In this document: positions 25,986-38,689 of the stretch, one piece after another
Layout of the letters: every line of letters starts with the position of its first letter
Position numbering within the stretch: the stretch's first letter is position 1
From: Chiloscyllium plagiosum
Taxonomy: Eukaryota
Length of the DNA: 64,000 nucleotides
Direction of reading: 5' to 3'
Assembly (NCBI RefSeq): GCF_004010195.1
Contig: NC_057749.1
Span: 22,200,738-22,264,737, forward strand
Program-made: the position numbers and the translations under genes
The notes under the pieces: model-generated
What the model saw: the letters and a program-made list of their open reading frames with translations, nothing else
Database searches by the model: none
Told to the model about the DNA's origin: nothing

Positions 25986-26500
25986 TGGAGGATTGGAAGA
26001 TTGGATCTGGGATGAGTTGGAGTGAGGGGAGATGAGGAAACTGATGAAGTCAACATTGATCCAGTGTGGTTGGAGGGTGAGGCATTCTTCCTCCAGGCAT
26101 CGTGCGGCCAGGATTTGGGGGTGGAGGCAGCCCAGGACTTGCATGTCGTTGGTGCAATGGGAGGGGGGTGTTGAAGTGATCGGCCACAGGGCCGGTGGGG
26201 TTGTTTGTTGCGTATGTCCCAGAGATGTTCTCTGAAATGTTGCACAAGCTGGCGCCCTGCCTCCCCAGTGTAGAGAAGACCACGCCGAGAGCAACAGAGA
26301 CAGTAGATGAGGTGGGTGGATGTGCAGGATCAAGTCTGCCAGATGTTGAAGGATCCTTTGGACGAAGGTGCAGGGGAAATGTGGGCGCAGTGTTGACACC
26401 TGTTGCAGTGGCAGGGGAAGTGCCAGGAATGGAGGGTGGGTTGGTGGGGGCCGCGTGACCTAACGAGGAAGTTGCAGAAGGAATGGTCTCTGCAGCATGG
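25463..26500 (-). mobile_element. Penelope-like element 3' part (GIY-YIG region and tail), interrupted at 25762-25985
   Basis: FREHLWDIRNKQPHRP..RCLEEE..WINVDF; degenerate hammerhead core at 25555-25585. Confidence 0.8.
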
Positions 26501-28692
26501 CACTGTCCATGTGGCATTTCTGTACCTCCACGTTCTTCATGCCACCTGAAAGTGGCACAACTACTAAACACAACCGTTCCTTTATTCTTCTGAAGTGTTG
26601 TTTTGTGAAGTTTGGAAGCGGGCACTTGCTAAAGTTTTATTTTTAAAGAAAGGCCATGTGTGGTTTGATAATTGTAGAGTTGGTGCAATTGGTGGATGGA
26701 GTTCATGGTGCAGCCTGTCAACCTGTCCGACTTCATCCTAAATCCAGTTCAGCTCAGGGACTGATTCCCGATCTTTCTCCAGTGTTCCCCTTGCCTGAAG
26801 TCTGATAATGCAATGTCCTCCTGACCCTCAGCTAAGAATCTAACATCAGCACTCCGTTAGATTCTTCTGTGTGCATTGTCCATCAATTCCAAACCATCAT
26901 CCACTATCAAGCCACACCAAGTAATCTCACCTACACTCTCATCTTTTCTCCCTTTAGAACATGCTTTGTCAGCTTCCATATCTTGGAAACATGATCCACA
27001 TGATAATTTATCTCATGCCGAATCCCACAATCCTTCACTTCCCATTCCATCCACGGTAACTTCTATTGATCCTCAGTGTTTCACATTTTAAAGCCTTGCC
27101 CTCATTCATCTCCTTGTGATGTCTAGAATAGTCAACTCCAATTGCTGTTGGATCTCTCACCATCTACCCTCTCTAATCTTGAGGTCCTCCGAATCCCTGC
27201 TGCCGCACCTAATCTCACAGCAACCTCTGTCCCCAGTTTGCATTAGCAAAGCCTTGGTCTTAAAATTCTCCTCATTTTCACGTCAAGAAAGAAAGAGTTA
27301 AAAAAAAAGCTCGCCGAACAAGGAATCCGAATCAAGTAGAAAAATTAAGAAAATGAGAATGCAACATGCTGCGAAAGAAAATTCCAAAAATGGAATAAAC
27401 GAGGAACAAGTGTGGGCCATTCGGCCCTTCCAGCCAGTTTCCTCACTCGATAAGATCACAGCTGATCCAGTTTCAACACGAATCTACATTAGTAACAGTG
27501 CAACCTTCTCAGCCCAGGAGCTGAGATCACGTCCAGTCCCTTTGCTTTCCTTCTTTAATGTTGTTTTTTTTCCAAATGTTTCCATTTACTACGGCATCTT
27601 TTTATCTTCTTTTAACAACTTCGGTGTCTTCTCCCAAGCACGCCCAGGAATGACGTGGTGTACAACAGCCTGCAATAGCAGTACAGGCCTGGGGTCCAGC
27701 AGGGCGGTCTCCTGGGCTGGCAGTCTCCTCCAGGAGGGATGGTCTCAGCATGGAGTGGCATTCTTGTCATAGCATGGAGGTCTCGTCCCATCATAGAGAT
27801 GTTGTTCTTATTTCAGAGGGGGCTTCCGGAACTTTCAACATCCCAGCTTGGAGGTCTCAGCTCAATATGGGATTGCAATTTTGGGTTGGGTTTTCCAGTG
27901 TATCCCGATCCCAGGAGCCATTAATTGAGTTGTGATGAATTTTAACTTTTTACTTCTTCTTATTTCTGACTTCTGTCATTAATCTGGGTGCCGTGATATG
28001 GCAACTTATGAAAAGTTTCACTGTGTTTTTATAAAACTTACACGTGACAATAAATTGCTACTCTGTTCAATTTTAATCAATTCTCTGATAACCTTTAACT
28101 CCCTTGGCGTTCAGGAATCTCTCTCTGCCTTAAAATATTTGAAAATTCTCCATCCACCGCGTTTTGAGAAATTGAATTCCAACGATACACAACCCTCTGA
28201 GAGAGAAACCAACTTTGCTTCATCTCTGTTTTAAATACCCCCCCACCACCCCCTTATGTTTAAACTTTGACCCCTGGTTGTAAATTCTCTTGCAAGAGGA
28301 AATATCCTTTCCACATCCATCCTGGTCAAGACCCCTCAGGATTTTATATGTTCCAATTAAAGCACCACTGATTCTTCTAGATTCCAGAGGACACAGACCT
28401 AACCTGTCTAGCCTTTCCTCATAAAGTGATTCACTCATTCCAGCTATTAGCTCATTTGACCTTCTCTGGACTGCGTCCAACACATTAACATCCTTCTGTA
28501 AATACACTGACTGTGCACAGTGCTCCAGATGCTGTCTCACAGAAGTGCTGTATAATTGGAACACTACTTCCCAATTCCTGCATTCAACTTCGCCCACAAT
28601 AGCACATTGGAAAGAACATGAGAAGTGGATGGTGGAAGAGAGACTAACAGAGGAGGCAGAGGGGCGATGTGATGGAGGTATACAAAATTGTG

Positions 28693-28821
28693 GAGAAAGT
28701 GAGGACTGCAGATGCTGGAGATCAGAGTCGAAAAGTGTGGGGCTGGAAAAGCACAGCCAGTCAGGCACTATCCGAGGAGCAGGAAAATCAACATTTTGAG
28801 CAGGAGCTCTTCATCAACGTT
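28693..28821 (-). mobile_element. PLE-derived mini-insertion with 12-bp TSD inside an old CR1 fragment
   Basis: tacaaaattgtg at 28681-28692 and 28822-28833; the insert ends at a degenerate (T)TGATGA core. Confidence 0.75.
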
Positions 28822-29597
28822 TACAAAATTGTGAGGAGTAGAGATAGATAGGGTAGACAGGAGGAACCTGTTTCCTTTGGCAGAGAGTTTGCGGTCATAT
28901 TAAAGTGGGGTTAGTGGGGATGTGAGGGAAAGCGTTCTCACGTAAAGGAAAATGGGTGTCTGGAACCCACCTGCCTGAGTTAGTGGTGGAGGCTGAGACC
29001 CTGAACTCTTGCAAAAAAAAAAACTTAGAGGTGTATCTTAGGGGCTGTACGTTGCAGGGCTATGGGTCATGCGCAGAGATCTGGGTGTGTTTGGGTCAGC
29101 ATGGACAAAATGTGCCAAACAGCCTCCTTCTGTGCTGCTTTACTGTCGTGGCTTTGTGAGTGTGATGAAATTGGAAAGAAAATCAAGATTGTTTGTTGGA
29201 AGGCAAAAGGGAAGTGCTGTATCGAGATCTGTGATGAAGTCTTGGCGAGGGAAATAGATCCCGAAATGGGAGGTATGCATCAGAAAAAGAGATCTTCGCC
29301 AGATAGAAGGGAAAGGATAACATCAGATAGTGCTAAGTGACAAATATTGGGCAGGTGATTGAAGTTTGTTTTTCTCACAACGGTGTGCCATAGGTGCTGG
29401 GTCCACGGTTAGTCATCACTTATATAAATGATTTGGATGAGAATTTAAGAGATATGGTTAGTAAGTTGTGGACATTGAAGAAGGTTAACCAGCATTTCAA
29501 AAACAACAGCGTGCATTTATGTAGAACTCTTATAGTAGAACAAGATCCCAAGAGAAAGGAAGTGAATTTCCAAAGTTTTGTACCCAGAAACTGTGAT

Positions 29598-30620
29598 CAG
29601 CGCGGTGGCTCAGTGGTTAGCACTGAAGCCTCATAGCGAGAGGGAGCTGCATTAAATTCCAGCCTCAGGCAACTGTCTGTGTGGAGTTTGCACATTCTTC
29701 CTGTGTCTGCATTGGTTTCCTCTGGCTGCTCTGATTTCCTCCCACAGTCTGAAGATGAGCAGATTAAGTGGAATGGCAATGCTTAATTGTTCCATAATGT
29801 TCAGGGATGTGCAGGTAGGGTGGGTTGGCCATGCTAAATTGTTCCATAATGTTCAAGGATATGCAGGTTGGGTGGGTTGGCCATGCTAAATTGTTCCAAA
29901 ATGTTCAAGGATGTGCAGGTTGGGTGGGTTGGCCATGCTAAATTGTTCCATAATGTTCAGGGATGTGCAGGTTGGGTGGATTGGCCATGCTAAATTGTTC
30001 CATAATGTTCAAGGATGTGCAGGTTGGGTGGGTTGGCCATGCTAAATTGTTCCATAATGTTCAGGGATGTGCAGGTTGGGTGGGTTGGCCATGCTAAATT
30101 GTTCCATAATGTTCAGGGATGTGCAGGTTGGGTGGGTTGGCCATGCTAAATTGTTCCATAATGTTCAGGGATGTGCAGGTTGGGTGGGTTGGCCATGCTA
30201 AATTGTTCCATAATGTTCAAGGATGTGCAGGTTGGGTGGGTTGGCCATGCTAAATTGTTCCATAATGTTCAGGGATGTGCAGGTTGGGTGGGTTGGCCAT
30301 GCTAAATTGTTCCATAATGTTCAGGCATGTGCAGGTTGGGTGGGTTGGCCATGCTAAATTGTTCCATAATGTTCAGGGATGTGCAGGTTGGGTGGGTTGG
30401 CAATGCTAAATTGTTCCATAATGTTCAGGGATGTGCAGGTTGGATGGGTTGGCCATGCTAAATTGTCTGTAGCATCCAGAGCTTTGTAGATTACGTGGAT
30501 TAGCCATGGCAAATGCACAGTTACGTGGATGGGGTGGGTCTGAATGGGATGCTCTTCAGAGGGTCGGTGCAGACCCAATGGGTTAAATGGCCTCCCCCTG
30601 CACAGTAGGGGTTCTCGAGA
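29598..30620 (+). mobile_element. HE1-type SINE with an internal 52-bp tandem array
   Basis: SINE head 29598-29780, array ~29780-30465, SINE tail to ~30620. Confidence 0.85.
29780..30465 (+). repeat. 52-bp tandem repeat, about 13 near-identical copies
   Basis: Unit ccatgctaaattgttccataatgttcagggatgtgcaggttgggtgggttgg, with no spacers. Confidence 0.95.
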
Positions 30621-31519
30621 GATAAAGGCGCAGCCATTTACCTCCCAGTGAGTCAAAAAGGGCAACACGATCCCAACTCCCACTCTGAAACTTCCTCCCT
30701 TCTGATGCCCACGCACTCACCCTGCCTTTCCCAATCTGACCATGGCCCACTCTCCCTGCCTATCCCGTAAAGTGCAGTATTTGCCTGGATCAGGCCAGCC
30801 ATGGGAAGCCCCTTGCCAACAGGAGATGCTGGCACAATTCCCACTGCCACAGAGAACACTGAACGGGTTTAATTGAGAAGATGTTCTTTAATTATGAAGG
30901 ATATGATGAAGTGAACAGGGAAAGATTATTTCCTCTGGTTAGCAGTCAGTGACAGGGATTATCAATTTAAAATTGTCACCATGAGAATGAGGAGGGAATT
31001 AAGAGAAATTTCTCAACACAGTGGGCTGTGAAATGCTACTGCTTGAGAGAGAGAGAGAGAGACAGACAAAGGAGGAATCAGTGCAACTTTAAGGCAAAAT
31101 GAGTCGAACATTTGCAGCAGCAAAGGATGTGAGGAGAGAATGAGAGAGTGTAAATATCTTCAGACTATTTTCTGGAAGAGCTAACATGGGTGAGATGGTG
31201 ATATCATTGGGCTGGTCCTGGTCTGCTGGTCGCGAGACCTGGGTTTCATTCCCACCACTGTCGATGGTGAGAATTGAAAATAATTTTTAAAAATCTGGAA
31301 TCAGAAAGCTAATCCAATAAGATTTAGGAGCAGCTGCAGGCCACTCAGCCCATCGAAGCTGCTCCCCCATTCAATGACATCATGGCTGATCTGATAATCC
31401 TCAACTCCACTTTCCTGCCTTTTCATCATCCCCCTTACTGATTAAATATCCGTCTCTCTCAACTTTGAATATACTTAACAATCCAATATTATCAACCTTC
31501 TGCGGTAATGAATTCTACA

Positions 31520-31830
31520 GGGTGGCACGGTGGCACAGTGGTTAGCACTGCTGCCTCACAGCGCCAGAGACCCGGGTTCAATTCCCGCCTCAGGCGACTG
31601 ACTGTGTGGAGTTTGCACGTCCTCCCCGTGTCTGCGTGGGTTTCCTCCGGGTGCTCCAGTTTCCTCCCACAGTCCAAAGATGTGCAGGTCAGGTGAATTG
31701 GCCACGCTAAATTGTCCGTAGTGTTAGGTAAAGGGTAAATGTAGGGGTATGGGGTTTGCGCTTCGGCGGGTCAGTGTGGACTTGTTGGGCCGAAGGGCCT
31801 GTTTCCACACTGTAAAGTAATCTAATCTAG
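31520..31830 (+). mobile_element. Full-length young HE1-type V-SINE
   Basis: A box TGGCACAGTGG, B box GGTTCAATTCC, V core and (AATCT)n tail. Confidence 0.92.
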
Positions 31831-32035
31831 ATGTCACTATCCTCTGAGATATGAAATATTTCTTCATCTTTGTCATAAATGTGTGACCCCTTATTCGAAG
31901 ATCATACCCTCTGGTCCTAGACTCTCCCACAAGGGGAAACAATCTTTCCACATCTACTCTTGAAACTCCCTGAGAATCTGATATTTTTAATGAAGGTTTC
32001 TTATTCTAAACTCAATTGGGTACAAGGACAACCTC

Positions 32036-32760
32036 CAAGGAGTGGCAGTTGGAGTTTAATTTAGATAAATGTGAGGTGCTGCAGTTTGGAAAGGCAAATC
32101 AGGGCAGGACTGATACACTTAATGGTAAGGTCCTGGGGAGTGTCGCTGAACAAAGTGCAGGCTCATAGCTCCTTGAAAGTGGAGTCGCAGGTAGACAGGA
32201 TAATGAAGAAGGCGTTTGGTATGCTTGCCTTTATTGGTGAGAGTATTGAGTATAGGAGTTGGGAGGTCATGTGGCAGCTGAACAGGACATTGGTTAGGCC
32301 ACTTTTGGAATATTGTGTGGTCTCCCTCCTATCTGAAGGATGTTGCGAAACTTGGAAGGGTTCAGAAAAGATTTACAAGGATGTTGGCAGGGTTTGGAGG
32401 GTTTGAGCTACAGGGAGAGGTTGAATAGACTGGGGCTGTTTTCCTTGGACCGGCGAAGGCTGAGGGGTGACCTCATTGAGATTTATAAAATCATAAGAGG
32501 CATGGATAGGATAAATAGACAAGGTCTTTTCCCTGGGGTGGGGGAGTACAGAACTAGAGGGCATAGGTTTAGGGTGAGAGAGGAAAGATTTCAAAGGGAC
32601 CTAAGGGGCAACTTTTTCACATAGAGGGTGGTACGTGTATGGAATGAGCTGCCACAGGAAGCGATGGAGGCTGGTACAATTACAACATTTAAAAGGCATC
32701 TGGATGGGTACATGAATAGGAAGGGTTTGGAGGGATATGGGCCGGGTGCTGGCAAATGGG
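32036..32760 (+). mobile_element. CR1 LINE 3' fragment, followed directly by an HE1 SINE (32757-33195) with a triplicated tail
   Basis: RT C-terminus ORFs at 32071-32906; SINE core from 32757. Confidence 0.85.
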
Positions 32761-33889
32761 CTCAGTGGTCAGCACAGCTGCCTCACAACGTTAGGGACCT
32801 GGGTACGATTCCAGTCTCTGGGCAACTGACTGAGTGGAGTTTGCACATTCTCCCCGTGTCTGCGTGGGTTTCCTTCCACAGTCACAAAGATGTGCAGGTT
32901 AAGTGAATTAAATTACCCATAGTGTTCAAGGATGCATTAGTCAGGTTGCATGCATTAGTCAGGGGTAAATGTAGAGAAATAGGGTAGGGGAGGGTCAGTG
33001 TGGACTTGTTGGGCCGAATGGCCTGTTTCATGCATTAGTCAGGGGTAAACGTAGAGAAATAGGGTAGGGGAGGGTCAGTGTGGATTTGCATGCATTAGTC
33101 AGGGGTAAATGTAGAGAAATAGGGTAGGGGAGGGTCAGTGTGGACTTGTTGGGCCGAATGGCCTGTATCCGCACTGTGGGGATTTGATGATTCTAAGTCA
33201 AACATGATTTCCTCTTCTCAACTCCATGCTCACTATGCCTAATGAAGTTATTCTCATTCACTGTCTATTTATGCCACCCTTCATAACAGATTCCAGCATT
33301 TTCCCTTCTACAGATGCGAGGTTAACAGGCCTATAGTTCCCTGTTTTCTCTGTAAGTACCCTCTTAAATAGTGGGATAACATTTGTGACCTTCCAATCCA
33401 CAGGAATCATTCCAGCATCTGTAGAATTTAGGAAGATAATTGCCAACACATTGACTATCTATATAATCACTTCCTCAACAGTCTAAAATGTAAGTCATCA
33501 GGTCCTGGGGAATGATTAACTTCCATTCCTATTCATTTGTCCAGTAAAGTCTTCTAATTAATGCTTACCGCCTTCCTTCTCTTCAAGTTTAGCACAATTG
33601 CTGCCAATCCAAGTTTCTCACTCTCAAACTGAATGCTAAATTCTACAATGTTATGGCCACTGTTCCCTAGGGGATCTGTTTTTATGGAATCCTTACAGTG
33701 TGGAAACAGGCCCTTCAGTCCAACTAGTCCACGCTAACCCTTCAAAGAATAACCCACCCAGACCCATTCCCCTACCTGATTGTCCTCCATATACATCACT
33801 ATGGGCAATTGCCCATGGCCAATTCATCTCATCTGCGCATCTTTGGATTGTGGGAGGAAACCGGAGCACCCAGAGGAAACCCAAAGAAA

Positions 33890-34770
33890 AAAGAGCAAAG
33901 AACAAAGAAAATTCCAGCACAGGAACAGACCCTTTGGCCTTCCAAGCCTGCGCTGATTCAGATTCTCTATCTAAACCTGTCACCTATTTCCTAAGGATCT
34001 GTATCCCTTTGCTCCTGTTCATTCGTGTATCTGTCTAGATACATCTTAAATGAGACTATCATGCCTGCTCTACCACCTGTTCCAGGCACCCACCACCCTC
34101 TGTGTAAAGAACTTTCCACACGTATCTCCCCTAAACTTTTCCCCTCTCACTTTGAACTTGTGACCCCTAGTAACTGAGTAGCAACTCTGAGAGAAAAAAA
34201 ATCTTGCTATCCACCCTATCTGTATCTCTCATGATTTTGTAGATCTCAGTCAGGTCCCCCCCTCAACCTCTGTCTTTCTAATGAAAATACTCAACTTCTC
34301 TTCATAGCTATCTCCCTCCATACCGGGCAACATCCTGGTCAACCACCTCTGCACCTTCTCCAAAGCATCCACATCCTTTTGGTGATGTAGCGATCAGAAC
34401 TGTACGCAGTATTCCAAATGTGGCCCAGTCAAAGTATTATCCATCTGTGACATGACCTGTCAACTCTTGTACTCAATACCCCATCCAATGAAGGAGAGCA
34501 TGCCGTATGCCTTCTTGACCACTCTATCGACCTGCATTGCCACCTTCAGGGAACAATGGACCTGAATACTCAGACCTCTCTGTACATCAGTTTTCCCCAG
34601 GGCTTTTCCATTTACTGGGTAGTTCGCTCTGGAATTGGATCTTCCAAAATACACCACCTCGCGTTTGCCCGGATTGAACTCCATCTGCCATTTCTCTGCC
34701 CTACTCTCCAATCTATCTATATTCTGCTGCATTCTCTGACAGACCCTATTCACTATCTGCTACTCCACCA
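33890..34770 (-). mobile_element. CR1 LINE fragment with (TTCTTTG)n tail, abutting an HE1 fragment (33685-33885)
   Basis: ORF 34460-34753 KWQMEFNPGK..KKAYGMLSFI. Confidence 0.85.
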
Positions 34771-35274
34771 AAGTCACCTCCAATTAATGTGCTGCTCTTT
34801 TTAGATGGCTTCATTAAAAATTAAATCATCATTCTTCCGAGCCACTTGTGTCACTACATCTCGGAAATTTCTTGGAACCTTATCAGTGAAAACAGACGGA
34901 TTTATCTTGTCTCCCTTTCTCAGTTCCCTGAATCTACCTGCAGTTGGTTTTGTTTCAGCCAATCATTTCCTTTTCATTAACCTTCCAAACTAAGCTGTCC
35001 ATGTTCATGCTTTTTCCTAGATTGCATTCACAATTTCATTCACCTTTTCTTCATCAGTTTCTTCGTCCTTCCTTGTTGCATTCTTAAAATAATAACAATT
35101 CTCACACTTACTATTCCTGGCAACTTTATAGGGTCCTCTTTTCTGATCCATCTCCCAAGAATCCCATCTCCCATCCTTTCTAAATAAACATGAGGAAAGG
35201 GGTGACACTGAAAACTAAGAGAAACTAGACTCTGATCTCCACACTCCAAACTCAGCCTCGCTATCATCTCTCAG

Positions 35275-35370
35275 GTTCCTGATGAAGGGCTCCTGCCCGA
35301 AACGTCGATTTTCCTGCTCCTCGGATGCTGCCTGACCTGCTGTGCTTTTCCAGCACCACTCTAATCATGA
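35275..35370 (+). mobile_element. PLE-derived mini-insertion with intact hammerhead-like core and 14-bp TSD
   Basis: ctatcatctctcag at 35261-35274 and 35371-35384; CTGATGA-aGGGC-tcct-GCCC-GAAACGTC at 35279-35306. Confidence 0.82.
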
Positions 35371-35579
35371 CTATCATCTCTCAGTACCACTCACCTTTCT
35401 CCTGACAGAGACGGCCTCACCAAAGCAGGCCAGCACCACAGCAGGGGTTTGGGCCTGCAGCAATATTGAGGGGAGGCACCCCGAGAAGGGTAGTTGCCCG
35501 CACTTTCGTTTAAAATTCACTCACGGGAAGTTGGCACCTCTGGCTAGGCCAGCATTTACTGTCAATCCCTCATTGCCCA

Positions 35580-35815
35580 GAGTCAAAACGTGTTTTGCTG
35601 GAAGAGCACAGCTGGTCAGGCAGCATCTGAGGAGCAGGAGAGTCGACAATTTGAGCATAAGCCCTTCATCATGAATAAAACTCTTCATCACATTCCCTGA
35701 AGAGCTTATGCCCGAAACGTAGACTCTCCTGCTCCTCGGATGCTGCCTGACCTGCTTTTCCAGCGCCACACTTTTTGACTCTGATCGTCAGCATCTGCAG
35801 TCCTCACTTTCTCCT
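35580..35815. mobile_element. Palindromic PLE-derived mini-element inserted into a minus-strand Deu SINE (35515-36055)
   Basis: Inverted arms; attgcccag repeated on both flanks. Confidence 0.72.
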
Positions 35816-36849
35816 AATTGCCCAGACTCAACATTGCTGTGGGTCTGGAGTTCAGGTAGAACAGACCAGGTCAAGATGGAAGATTTCCCTCCCTAAAGAG
35901 CAGAAGTTAACCAGATGGGATTTTCTAACATTCGTCAATGGAGTAATAACCATCCTTAAACTTTTACATCCAGGGTCATTGCGGGATTTGAACCCAGTCC
36001 CCAAAACAGTACTTGGACCTCTGGAATAAAAGCCACCAGGCCATTGCCTTCCCACTGCTTAGGCCCGGCTCCTCATTTTTAATGTTGGTGACCTGGGTGG
36101 TGTAAATCTTGTAATGGACCTGACCAACTGAGTTTGACTACAGGAAGGCAGAAGATACCAGCTTGGAATGGGCATGTGAGGAGAGAGAGGTCCTCGAGGT
36201 CACATTAGAGGGCTGCATTTGTGAACCCACTCTGTAAAGGCAAAGTCTTACCAGACCATTGTGGCTGCCCCCTCGTTCGAGAGCAACAACAGGTGGTGGT
36301 TTAACCTGAGGGTCACTATGCCTCAGGTGAGGGGGAGAGGTTGAGAAGGAGAGTCCTTCATGATAACTTCAGCTGGGGTGAGAATTGAACCCACACTGTC
36401 AGCATTGCTCTGTATCTGCAAACCAACCATCCAACCAAGTGAGACCTATTTACTGTCTATAGGTGGAAATAAAGAGGCGATTTACAGTTCATAAGGTATT
36501 GAGGGGCGTTACATCATGATAAAGAGTCTGCAAACTCAGGGTCAGTGTATATGCTGACACCAAAACACTTTAAACTGATACCTCAGTGTGCAAACAGCTG
36601 CATTGGCTTAAAGCAACATCCATCTTTCACTTTAAGGTTCAAGGTGACTCTTCAGAGGCAGTCAAAAATAATCCACCAGTCCCATGGGGTTTGCCAAGTC
36701 TTGAGGGAGAGACCTTCTCTGTGCTGCGAGTGGTTGGGATCAGGAACGCACTTCCAGGTTAAGACAGATTCAATCACTCTTTAGTTTAAAAAGGGAATGG
36801 GATAATTCTGTGAAGAGAAACACATTTGCAAAGGGGAGGCAATGAACTC

Positions 36850-37560
36850 AGTGGCAATATCGTTGGTCTGTTAATCCGGAGATCAAATCCAATTGAATTC
36901 GAATCCATAAAGAAAATCTGGATTTAAGATTCTAAAGAGGACTATGAATCCATTGTTATTGTTGGGAAAAACCCATCTGGTTCATTCACGCCCTTCAGGG
37001 AAGGAAACTGCCATCCTTACCTGGTCTGGCCTACACGTGACTCCGGACCTGCAGCCATGTTGTGGACTGTTTACTACCCTCTGGGCAATTAGGGACGGGC
37101 AATGAATGGTCAGTGATGCCCATAGCCCGTGAATGAATTAAAAATAGACCCAAAAAAGACAGGAGAGTGGGACTTGCTATGTGTCCCTGACAGAGAGAAC
37201 ACATAATCACAAAGGGTGGACAGTCACGGGGAGACGATGGTGTAATGATATTATCACTGGCCTGTTAATCCAGAGACCTCAGGCAATGTTCTGGGAATCC
37301 TGGTTCAAATCCTGCTATAGCAGATGATGGAATTTTAATTCAATATTAAAAATTAATCTGGGATTAAGAGTCTAATGATGACCACAAATCCATTGCTTGA
37401 AAAAAACTCACTAATGCCCTTTAGGGAAGGAATCTGCCATTCTTACCTGGTCTGGCCTACATGTGACTCCAGACCCATTGCAATGTGATTGATGCTAAAC
37501 AGCCCTCTGGGCAATAAGGGATGGGCAATAAATGCTGGCCTAGCCAGTTACACCCACATT
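36850..37560 (+). mobile_element. Two Deu-type SINEs (36850-37145, 37230-37560)
   Basis: Shared core gggaagga..ctgccat..cttacctggtctggcctaca..tgactcc and aataaatgctggcc tail. Confidence 0.75.
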
Positions 37561-37706
37561 TCTGTGCTGAAGGTGCCTCTACAATCCTGTGTTTCTCCTG
37601 AACAGGCTTCGATTGTGTGGATCTACCCAAACGATAGAGGAATGGGGGTTCTGAAATAGGCTGCAGGATCCTGAATAAGTTACTAATGATGGTCCATTTT
37701 CGAGCA

Positions 37707-37921
37707 CAGGGCAACCCCCATACCCATGGGTCTGGTTTCCATGGTTTCGGTTACCTACGGTTTACTGTGACCTCAACGTGTTACATCGAACATTCCAGAA
37801 CCAAGGCTGCCGGGGAGGTAAATTTCCCATTGAAATGAATGGATTCGTTCCTATCCACGGTTGTGGACTTCCACGTTAGGTCTTGGAACGTATCATCTGC
37901 GGTTACGGGAGGGGCCTACTG
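37707..37921. mobile_element. Probable Tigger/MER2-like MITE
   Basis: Degenerate terminal inverted repeats (cagggcaacccccatacc / ggttacgggaggggcctactg). Confidence 0.45.
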
Positions 37922-38689
37922 TGTAGGTGAGTGGCAGACAGCAAATATCACCCATGATGACAGGATTATCCCAACCAGACAAAAGGGGGCAGCAGATGGA
38001 AGACTCTAGTTACATTCACTGCAGCTTTCTCTTGAATTTGTCAGGGGTTTCTTGTCAGATTTTGTTTCCACATTCAGTCACTTATTCAGCAAAAGACAAA
38101 TTGTTACAGAAGCACTCAAATGATAAGACACAATCAGCAGAAGATAAGCGCCAATAAATTCACCAGACAATCCACAACTGTCACCTAGGAGAGTTGCAAT
38201 TCACAGGAGTCATTTCATTCAAGTACTTGTTAAATCCTTGCTGCAATACAGAGTGAAATGAGATTTCAGTAACTCATAGCCTGCAGATCCTTCGCTCACT
38301 GATCTGATGCTTAGATAGAGAATGGCAATTAATGCTGAGCAGATTGAGAGGAGGCCTGGTCACATCTCTTTCGCTTCAGATGAGAGGAACATTAGCAAAC
38401 GGCCACTCAGAGACACTCAAAGGATCCTGTCCCCAGTTTATCAGAAGCTGATTCCAGGTGAAAGCTCAGGCCATCCAATTTGTATCGTTCCCATTAGCAG
38501 CTCCAGTGAAGTGCTGCAGGGCTGCTATCTCAGGCTGCACCAGGCTGCTCATAAACCCGGTGTTGTGTTTGACCCCAAGGTGAATTTCCAGTCACAGATC
38601 AGCTCCAATACTACAATGTATTTCTCCCTCCGTAACACCGCCTGACTTTACCCCTTCCTCAGCTCATTTGTTGCTGAGTCTTTTTTTAG

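Noticed and set aside
29780..30465. CRISPR-like array
   Set aside because: Units are contiguous with no unique spacers, derive from a SINE, and the context is eukaryotic.
31520..31600. tRNA genes at SINE heads
   Set aside because: A/B boxes continue into the V-SINE core and tail, so these are tRNA-derived SINE heads.
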